A DNA stretch of 16,689 nucleotides from Thermoproteota archaeon. GTDB lineage: Archaea; Korarchaeota; Korarchaeia; Korarchaeales; Korarchaeaceae. The DNA is taken from positions 1-16,689 of the forward strand of contig JALSOH010000002.1 of NCBI GenBank assembly GCA_026986575.1, given 5' to 3'. Positions 9,235 through 16,334 of this stretch are shown here, piece by piece. The notes under the pieces were generated by a model. The model had not been told where the DNA came from. It saw only the letters and a program-made list of their open reading frames with translations, and did no database searches. The position numbers were made by a program, and so were the translations under genes. Every line of letters starts with the position of its first letter. Positions within the stretch are counted from its first letter, which is position 1.

Positions 9235-9876
9235 ATGTTCAGGGAAATACAGGAGACTTTCCTCTTGGTACAGCTTGAGAGGCTCGTCGACGAAGCTATC
9301 GATCATTCAGTGGATCGCCTCAGATCAAGTGGATTCGCTCTATCCGATGGAGATGTTCCGAAGCTCCTGAACGCCTGCCTCGATATGATGGAGAGGAGCC
9401 CCAGCCACTTCCCCTCGGCCGAGGAAACAGCCTTTCAGGAGTTTTTCAAGTTCTTCAAGAAGTACCTGGAGGAGAGGGTCTGGTACTTCGTTTGGAGACT
9501 CATGTCCCTCAGGGGAGTCAAGGTGAGGGAGATATTCGTCGCTGACAGGGTGGGCGGTGAGGGATTGAGGACCGGAAGGCCGGTCATGGGTAGGGATATA
9601 GACTACTTGGTGATAGTCGATGGGAACATGGACGAAGCGAGGGCCGCTGCGAAGGAAGTGGAGGAAGTCCTGAACAGGACCATAGGCGGAAGGGTCAGCG
9701 AGCTCCTGAGGAGGAAGGTGAGCAACAGGGTGTTGAGGGAGTGCAAGTTCTTTTCCCTTGTGGAGATAGATGTCTTCTCAGATGAGAGGGAAGCGAGGGC
9801 GTGGGCTCCCCTTAGAGAGATCGACCGGAGCAGCTACCTGAGGGTCAGGGCTAGGGAACTCTTCTCATCTCCATGA
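9235..9876 (+). CDS. Hypothetical protein with atypical Pol-beta nucleotidyltransferase-like C-terminal domain
   Basis: 213 aa. VREIFVA...GRDIDYLVIVD (DxD followed by a hydrophobic strand) and a later VEIDVF strand. TTATAT at 9206-9211 suggests a leaderless promoter. Confidence 0.6.
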   Translation: MFREIQETFLLVQLERLVDEAIDHSVDRLRSSGFALSDGDVPKLLNACLDMMERSPSHFPSAEETAFQEFFKFFKKYLEERVWYFVWRLMSLRGVKVREIFVADRVGGEGLRTGRPVMGRDIDYLVIVDGNMDEARAAAKEVEEVLNRTIGGRVSELLRRKVSNRVLRECKFFSLVEIDVFSDEREARAWAPLREIDRSSYLRVRARELFSSP

Positions 9877-9954
9877 TCGACGCGTGACCCTAATCCCCCT
9901 CTCAGTACCCCGATGCTCCCCCTCGGGCCTCTTCTGGGAGGAGGGAGGAAGGGC

Positions 9955-11889
9955 TCAGGTCAGCAGTTTCCTCGCTACCGGCCCCATCATGGCCCCCAAG
10001 GCCATGAGGGAGAGGACAGCCGAAGAGCTGCTGATCTCCATGAGGAGGTCCCACCTGAGGAGCCACGATGCCAGCATGCCCATCGAGGAGATAGTCGCTG
10101 CAATTTCAGCGATCACGAGCCGTCTAGGCTCCAGCGTCCTGAGCAGGGATAGGGGTAGACCAACGTAAACGAGCCCGATCAGGAAACTGGAGATCAGCCC
10201 GATGAGTACGACTGTCACCTCGGAACTTGGGAGGACCTTCGAGAGGGTGCTGGCCGCTCCTAGGATCTCTATCAGGGGGGTGATGGCTACCTTCACGGCA
10301 AACCTCGCCGCCTCGTTGTGCCTGAGCCACTCAGCCACCCCGGGACTCCATGAGTAGTAGAAGGCGTTGAACACCGTCAGGAACCTCGAGCCGGAGTAGG
10401 TGGCCATCACTGTCCCATCCCTAAAGCTCCTAAGCTCCTCCACGATTCCGCTGTCCTCCCCGTAGGTGACGGTGGCGATTATGCACCTAGACTCACCGGC
10501 CTCGACGGTGACGGTGAGCGTAGCGGATCTGACCAAGCTACCGGACCTTCCCTCCACCACCACCGTGTAGGTCCTTGGCTCGTTGCCCGCCTTCACCATG
10601 AGGGAGGCCGTCTCTCCAAGCTCCACCGTGCTGTCGGGCGAGATAGTGAATGACAGGGTCGGAGGCCCGGTGACCCTTAGTACCACGGGTTGCACGAGCC
10701 CGCTACCCCTGATGGTAACTGCCACGGAACCAGTACCCCCCTTCTGAAGGGAGATTGAGCTTGGGACGAGCTCTATCGAGAAGTCGGCCTGCGAGGGAGC
10801 TGAGGTCTGGGGCTGCGAGGTCATGGTAGAGGAGGTAGTGGGCTGACCCTCTACCAGCAGGGTGATGATCCTGTTCTCGCTTCTCCCCCCTCCTGAGACC
10901 GTCACCGTGAGCTTGTAGCTCCCGGGCTGAACGTTACTCCCCACCGAGATCTCCGCCTGCGCTACGAAGTTCGGTACCGTGTTATTTATGTCGATAGTGA
11001 CAGTCGCGCCCTCCGGCAGCCCCTTGATCCACACGGTCACGGGAGAGTTGAACTCGCCCTCCTTGTACACTCTCACGGTGAGAATGCCCTTACCACCTGG
11101 CTCCACCTTGAGGGTCTTGGGAAGGACCGAGATGGACAGGTTTCCCACAGCTCGAGTCCCCGTCTCAGTAGTCGTGGTGGTCCTTCCGCCACCACCGATG
11201 ATAATCCTGGCCGTAGTTTCCTTGACCTTGCCGCCTCCTCTAGCCGTTACGGTTATCTCGTAGGTGCCGGGAGGGGTGTTCGGAGTGGTGATCACCTTGA
11301 GGATGATGTCCGTACCGGACTGCACCTCCATCTGCTGGTAGGAATAGGGCGGCAGGCCGGACACGCTGTAATGAACGGTCTCAGCGAACCCTCCCGTGGG
11401 TATGAGGACTATGGTGAAGTAGGCCGTCTGGCCAGGATCTATGGATACCGTCGAGGGCCTCAGCTTTATGCTGAAATCGGGTCCGCCCCCTCCACCGCCG
11501 CCGGAGACGATGAGGGTAGCGGAGGCCACCTTGCTCCTCCCCTCAGCTGATGCTTTGAGTCTCACCTCGTATGTGCCAGGAGGCGTGTTCTCCGTTGTAT
11601 AGATCTTGAGCTGGAGCTTCCCCGCAGCGGGCTTGATCTCGTAGAAGCAGTTAGGGGGAATGCTGAGGACATCGAACTTGAGCGTGCCCGTGAAACCCCC
11701 CGTAGTAGTGACGATTACGTCGAACGCCGCCCTCTCCCCCGGAATGACCTCGAGCTCATCCGGTTCCAAGTCTATATCGAAATCCGGCTCCTGTAAACGA
11801 GACTGCAGATCGGTGGAGAAGTCGACAGCTCGAATTCCCACCAAGGGGAGGAGCAGGAGGAGCAACAGGAGGACCAACTTGGAAGGCAT
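9955..11889 (-). CDS. Cell-surface protein with four Ig-like (COG1470/NEW3-like) repeats and a CFI-box-CTERM domain
   Basis: Signal peptide, then four repeats starting DFDIDLEP / DFSIKLRP / NLSISVLP / DFSIELVP with PGTY.V.V.A motifs and G- or T-rich linkers. C-terminal CIIATVTYG...V..LR.FRD...G..F...YY..SP..A followed by several TM helices. Confidence 0.85.
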   Translation of the reverse strand: MPSKLVLLLLLLLLPLVGIRAVDFSTDLQSRLQEPDFDIDLEPDELEVIPGERAAFDVIVTTTGGFTGTLKFDVLSIPPNCFYEIKPAAGKLQLKIYTTENTPPGTYEVRLKASAEGRSKVASATLIVSGGGGGGGPDFSIKLRPSTVSIDPGQTAYFTIVLIPTGGFAETVHYSVSGLPPYSYQQMEVQSGTDIILKVITTPNTPPGTYEITVTARGGGKVKETTARIIIGGGGRTTTTTETGTRAVGNLSISVLPKTLKVEPGGKGILTVRVYKEGEFNSPVTVWIKGLPEGATVTIDINNTVPNFVAQAEISVGSNVQPGSYKLTVTVSGGGRSENRIITLLVEGQPTTSSTMTSQPQTSAPSQADFSIELVPSSISLQKGGTGSVAVTIRGSGLVQPVVLRVTGPPTLSFTISPDSTVELGETASLMVKAGNEPRTYTVVVEGRSGSLVRSATLTVTVEAGESRCIIATVTYGEDSGIVEELRSFRDGTVMATYSGSRFLTVFNAFYYSWSPGVAEWLRHNEAARFAVKVAITPLIEILGAASTLSKVLPSSEVTVVLIGLISSFLIGLVYVGLPLSLLRTLEPRRLVIAEIAATISSMGMLASWLLRWDLLMEISSSSAVLSLMALGAMMGPVARKLLT

Positions 11890-11934
11890 GATAACACGTT
11901 CGTTTTAGTAACCAGACAATTAAAAATGATGGGT

Positions 11935-12861
11935 TCAACTCTTAAACGTTCGCTCCTTGGGGAGAAGCTCCCTGAGCCTCCTTATCTCGTTCCTTATCTT
12001 GGCTATCACGTATAGCTGGAATGATGTGATGATGAGGAGGAAACCCGCTATCGAGGAGCCGACCGATATCAAGGCCATCGGGACGCTGAAGTACTTGGTG
12101 GAGAGGTAGAGATCGAGGGCCCACCAACCGAAGAAGAGACCCACAATCACGAGAACTGCGCCGGGCACTCCCAAGTAGAGGAGAGGCCTTTCCTCCAGTA
12201 TTATTCTTAGGAGGGTGGCGATCAACTCCGAAAAATGGAGGAGGGGGTTCTTGGAGGGCTTGGCCCCTCCGTATGAGACGGTGATCGGAACCTCCTTCAC
12301 CCTCAGACCCGCCCCCGCGATCTCCTTCAGGATTCCATAGCTCACAGCCATCCCCCTCTCCATCGCATCGGCCGCCACCTTCAGCGCCCGCTTCGAATAG
12401 GCCCTCATGCCGCTCTGAGTGTCCCTTATATTCAGCCCCACGGCCCTCCTCCCCACCCAGTTGAGGAACCTCAGAGCTAACCTCCTCAGGGAGGACATGC
12501 CTGGGGCTTCGCCGCCCTCCACGAACCTGGAGCCTATCACAACATCTGCCTCTCCCCTCTCCACGGGCTCGACTAGGGCCGGGATGAAATCTGGATCATG
12601 CTGACCATCTGCATCCAAGGTTACAGCAACATCCACGTCCCTGCGCAGGGCCTCGAGGAAGAGGGTCCTGAGGGCGGCCCCGTAACCCATGTTCCTCTCA
12701 TGCCTCAACACCACAGCCCCTAGATCCTTGGCCACCTCGGAGGTCATGTCCGTGGATCCGTCGTCGCACACTATCACCATGTCGACGTGCTTCCTGGCCT
12801 TGAGTATCACTGGCGCTATCCTAGACTCCTCATTGTAGGCTGGAATGAGGGCCGCCCTCAT
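11935..12861 (-). CDS. GT2 glycosyltransferase (dolichol-phosphate mannose/glucose synthase-like)
   Basis: IPAYNE, VCDDGSTD, N.GYG.A, LDADGQHDP, VIGSRF and DTQSG.RA motifs, plus two C-terminal TM helices. Confidence 0.93.
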   Translation of the reverse strand: MRAALIPAYNEESRIAPVILKARKHVDMVIVCDDGSTDMTSEVAKDLGAVVLRHERNMGYGAALRTLFLEALRRDVDVAVTLDADGQHDPDFIPALVEPVERGEADVVIGSRFVEGGEAPGMSSLRRLALRFLNWVGRRAVGLNIRDTQSGMRAYSKRALKVAADAMERGMAVSYGILKEIAGAGLRVKEVPITVSYGGAKPSKNPLLHFSELIATLLRIILEERPLLYLGVPGAVLVIVGLFFGWWALDLYLSTKYFSVPMALISVGSSIAGFLLIITSFQLYVIAKIRNEIRRLRELLPKERTFKS

Positions 12862-12881
12862 TTTTCCATCCGGTCCACTTC

Positions 12882-13619
12882 ATGCCCATTCTTTTTAAGG
12901 GGTATGTCCTCGACGGCCGTATTCCCGGGACCGTCGACACTTCGGTTGAAGATCTTAACGGAAACCGTTTTTACTCACCCGCGTTGAGGGGAACTGGATC
13001 TTCCTTGGAGGAGACCGGCCCCGTGAGATTCAGCTGGATACCCGTTAGAGATGTCGGAGGGGAGTTCGACGAAGATAGGGCACGGTATGAGTGGGTGGAG
13101 GATTACAGGGATGGCACCCTCAGGTACGTGAGGGTGATCGGAGATAGAGCGGCCGTGATACATGTTTCGCCTCACTCAAGTGGCCAGGTGATTCACGAGC
13201 TGATGGAGGCGCTTCCCCAACTCGGTGCCGAGATGGAGAGGCTAGAGAGGGCTTGGAGGGGACTGGTGGAGACTTGGAGGGAGGTCATTCTGGAGTTTAG
13301 TGCGGACGGTTGGGTCTCGGTACCCTACGGTCCACTGATCTGGTTTCACGGTCAGGACTCCGTGAACGAGCTCCTTTCGGACACTGGACTAGAGCTCATG
13401 GAGGATTACGACGGCGTGACCAGGGTGAGGGCCCACTCAGGGAGACCCTTCAGAGCGGATTCCCTCTCAAGTGCGCTGAGGCTCCTAACCTTGGGAATCA
13501 GGATGTACTCGGCGATAAAGAGCGTTCAGGAGGGGGAGGCGGTGAAGGTAACCCTATCCTTGCTATCTCTCATGAGGATCGGTGGAAGGAATGGGAGTTT
13601 CAGGGCGGAAGAACCTTAA
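12882..13619 (+). CDS. Hypothetical protein
   Basis: 245-aa ORF with genome-typical codon usage in its 3' three quarters. The true start may be downstream (e.g. TTG near 13005). No family recognised. Confidence 0.7.
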   Translation: MPILFKGYVLDGRIPGTVDTSVEDLNGNRFYSPALRGTGSSLEETGPVRFSWIPVRDVGGEFDEDRARYEWVEDYRDGTLRYVRVIGDRAAVIHVSPHSSGQVIHELMEALPQLGAEMERLERAWRGLVETWREVILEFSADGWVSVPYGPLIWFHGQDSVNELLSDTGLELMEDYDGVTRVRAHSGRPFRADSLSSALRLLTLGIRMYSAIKSVQEGEAVKVTLSLLSLMRIGGRNGSFRAEEP

Positions 13620-13991
13620 AGGCCACGCGGTCTTGGCAATTCAAGTGAGCACCTGTTCGTCTCAGATCACCCATGAACATCAAAACTTCCCGCGCTTGCT
13701 TAATCAGGACCCCGCTCGAGGCCTATCACTTTTGAAGATCGAGCCCATGTTGTGATCCCCTCATCCATGAATCGAGAAAAACGGATCGAATGAATCCCGA
13801 GAGGCTGCTGGAATAGAGTCTAGGAGGTGAGGAACCCCATTCTCCTATTGATTTTCGACATCTCTTAGCATCTAGCCTTAGATTTATACGCGTAGATTTA
13901 TACACGGCAAATATCCTGAATGTCGCTTCAGCAGCGTTTGTAGGCCATCGCGCGGAGACGCCCCGACTCCAGCGATGAACTCATGCATCTC

Positions 13992-14414
13992 CTATCGAAC
14001 GACCGTTTCTCTACCCAGCAGAATAACTCTCCTCTTCAGGTCCGGTGGGAGCCTTTCATATAGCTTCCTGTCAGTCGTGATCAGGCTAGTGTCCAGCTGT
14101 ATAGCTAGAGACAGGAAGAGGGCATCATATAACGTTATCCCTTGATTCACAGCCAGCTCTATCGAATGCAAGAGCAGCTCATCAGAACCATACACTTTGG
14201 ATGAACTTATCAGGGCCCTGAGCAGATTCGCCCTCTTTTCAACCTCCTCCTTTACTATCCTACCCATCCTCACGTGCTTCCAGAGTACATTTCCCGTTTC
14301 AGCAAAGGCTATATCGACCGTGGCCCTGTCCTCCAATAGATACTCCCTGCACTCCTCGTAGAACTCGTCCTTCACTATCACGCTGGCGAATACGCTGGAA
14401 TCAATGACTAGCAT
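13992..14414 (-). CDS. vapC: VapC PIN-domain ribonuclease toxin (intact)
   Basis: VIDSS, E..NVLWK, ITLYDALFLSLA and LITTDRKL carry the conserved acidic PIN residues. Confidence 0.93.
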   Translation of the reverse strand: MLVIDSSVFASVIVKDEFYEECREYLLEDRATVDIAFAETGNVLWKHVRMGRIVKEEVEKRANLLRALISSSKVYGSDELLLHSIELAVNQGITLYDALFLSLAIQLDTSLITTDRKLYERLPPDLKRRVILLGRETVVR

Positions 14415-14631
14415 CCCTGTCCTCCCTTATCAACTTCCATGAGGGTGTTTCACTCGGCTTCAAGCCTTTATTGAGCTCGTCTATCTCGGCCAGAATCTCC
14501 TGAGTTTCGAGTTGCCTTATCTTACTTTCTATCGCCTCCAAAACGACCTCCCTCCAGTTCACATCCCTGTACTTCCTCACCTTCTCCCTCAACCTCTTGG
14601 GAATTCGGACGCTTATCACATCGGATGACAT
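14401..14631 (-). CDS. vapB: VapB antitoxin (RHH/CopG-like)
   Basis: VISVRIPKRLREK...VNWREVV...I and C-terminal LIREDRD, typical of archaeal VapB. Overlaps the vapC start by 14 nt. Confidence 0.88.
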   Translation of the reverse strand: MSSDVISVRIPKRLREKVRKYRDVNWREVVLEAIESKIRQLETQEILAEIDELNKGLKPSETPSWKLIREDRDASH

Positions 14632-14661
14632 TATGTATTCTAACTGTATACATTATATAAA
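14631..14661 (-). promoter_or_regulatory. vapBC promoter: TATA box and palindromic operator
   Basis: TTTATATA on the minus strand at 14661-14654, 23 nt before the ATG (leaderless). Inverted repeat ATGTAT-N9-ATACAT (14633-14653) includes the perfect palindrome TGTATACA (14645-14652). Confidence 0.65.
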
Positions 14662-14702
14662 CACATGGAAAAGAGTCTCGAGTGAGCCCTTCGCCCACCC
14701 CT

Positions 14703-15098
14703 TTAAATCCGAGAGGTCGATCCTCTTAGCCCCTTCACCCTGTCGTAGGCCTCATCAAAGGACATGATAGTGGAATCGAGGCCCATAGCCGACGCCGCGT
14801 GGAGAGAATCGAAATAGGAGAGGCCATACTCCCTCCTGATCCGCACGGCCTCCATAGCCTCCAAGGGAGTTAGTTTCATTGTTCGACCGTTAAAGAGGGA
14901 GAGTAGAGGCCTCAGGTACTCTCCCAATTCCAGTTCCATCGATCTCGACCTGTATCAAGGACACCTCGATCATCGCTACAGATGAGAGGTAATAGCCCTT
15001 GTCGGAGATCGACACTTCTAGAGCGCGGGGGGCTCATGGTACTTGTCGGATCTATTTATGAAGGTCAAGAGGACATCTAACCCTATTAGGGGCCTTAA
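14703..15098 (-). pseudogene. vapC: Second PIN-domain toxin pseudogene
   Basis: Fragments in changing frames: RPLIGLDVLLTFINRSDKYHE / DKGYYLSSVAMIEVSLI / MELELGEYL...RREYGLSYFDSLHAASAMGLDSTIMSFDEAYDRVKGL. At least two frameshifts and no valid start codon. Confidence 0.8.
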
Positions 15099-15332
15099 TG
15101 ACTACCTCCTCACTCGCCAGTCTCTCTACGATCCTCTTAGCCTCTCTCCAGTCAAAGGGAACTGCCCTGAATCCTTTAACCTCTCAAAAGCCGTCTCTGG
15201 ATCGTACAATGGGATGAGCTCTATCCTCCCATCCCTGACGATTAGGAGGAATGTCTTGGACCTTAATTACTCCCTCACCTTCTTGGGGATGAGGACCCCC
15301 CTGTCGTCCATCTCCACGATGTGGGTAGACAC
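15085..15332 (-). pseudogene. AbrB/MazE-family antitoxin pseudogene (3' end approximate)
   Basis: From GTG 15332: MSTHIVEMDDRGVLIPKKVRE*LRSKTFLLIVRDGRIELIPLYDPETAFERLK, then a frameshift to FRAVPFDWREAKRIVERLASEEV. TAA at 15267-15269. Confidence 0.8.
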
Positions 15333-15339
15333 TATGTAA

Positions 15340-15373
15340 CCCATGTATGGGAATAAAAAGTCCCACTAATGGG
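15340..15373 (-). promoter_or_regulatory. TATA-like box flanked by two CCCA-N4-TGGG palindromes (putative AbrB operator)
   Basis: cccatgtatggg at 15340-15351 and cccactaatggg at 15362-15373, with TTTTTATT (minus strand, 15359-15352) between them. Confidence 0.6.
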
Positions 15374-15404
15374 TCTCGTCCCGAGGAGCTCGTGAGCCAA
15401 GTGA

Positions 15405-15786
15405 TTATTTGACTGGTATCCACTCCCTCTTATCCCTCTTGACCCCTCTCCTCTTGATTTCCTCCTCTACCATTCCCTTAATCATACCGTATATCCCTAG
15501 CCCGTCATGGAGGATGATCCCTTCCACCACGGCATCCAAGACCACCGTGTTGAACCTCCTCACCTCCGACTCCAATTCCCTCGCATTTATTACGAAGAGC
15601 TGTATGAAGGGAGGGCCTTCGACTTCGATTGGATCCTCTACAACGGCTAGGAGGTCATAGTCGCTCAAGGGATTCGCCCCCCCTAGCCCTAGATCCGAAT
15701 AGGATTAGGGTGGACCTAGGCCATCTCTTGACGAACTCCCTGACGAACTCCTTGAAGGCTTCCTCCTTAATCCTAGCTCTCCTCAT
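15405..15786 (-). pseudogene. MNT minimal nucleotidyltransferase antitoxin, single frameshift
   Basis: MRRARIKEEAFKEFVREFVKRWPRSTLILFGSRARG / ANPLSDYDLLAVV... The frameshift lies in the G7 run (15677-15683), between the GS and DxD motifs. Alternative start TTG 15798. Confidence 0.85.
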
Positions 15787-15945
15787 AACTATCCTCAACA
15801 GATTGGATGAAATTCAGGATCACCTCCATACCTCACAGCCTCCTCCGCCTCCTTCTCTGTGTAATCCTTGAGCCTAGAGTCTGGATATCTGGCTTGAAGG
15901 TAATGAACTTCCAGCGAGACAGGGGCACTTCATGACCTCTTCGTA
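15773..15945 (-). pseudogene. HEPN-domain protein remnant (C-terminal half)
   Basis: YEEVMKC / SLEVHYLQARYPDSRLKDYTEKEAEEAVR / MEVILNFIQSVEDSYEES*. HY..ARYPD and EAEEA are typical of archaeal HEPN proteins, and the remnant overlaps the MNT start. The N-terminal half is not recognisable. Confidence 0.75.
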
Positions 15946-16334
15946 GCCTCTCGCATATCTGTTAATTATTACGTCAGCTAAAGGACCTGCGGGCGGCCTT
16001 TCCCAACATGATCATATCTGCAGGTTCTAAACCTGATGATGGCATTGCACTTGCACTGGTGTACTTTACAAAGATAGACCTAAGAGACCCGACATCTCCG
16101 CACCTCTCAAACGTGATTCTTAGGTGCTCTAAAGATTTAGGCGTACTCTTGGCCTTCAACCAGAATCAGTTGAGACATCCTGACAGCCTCTCTTACGGAG
16201 AAAAGAATTCGGTTCCCTAATCTAGCCTCTTTTATCTTTTGTTAAGTAGCTCAGTTAATGCTGGGTACATCTAACTATTCCATTACCTTCATACCCGCAG
16301 CAATCCTTATATCTCCCCCTTCCTGGAATACTTT

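Noticed and set aside
15946-16300. Possible N-terminal half of the HEPN gene, small ORFs (15974-16159, 16008-16220) or a C/D-box RNA at CTGATGA (about 16033)
   Set aside because: Only faint HEPN resemblance, and no correctly spaced D box or terminal stem. Not supportable without a search.
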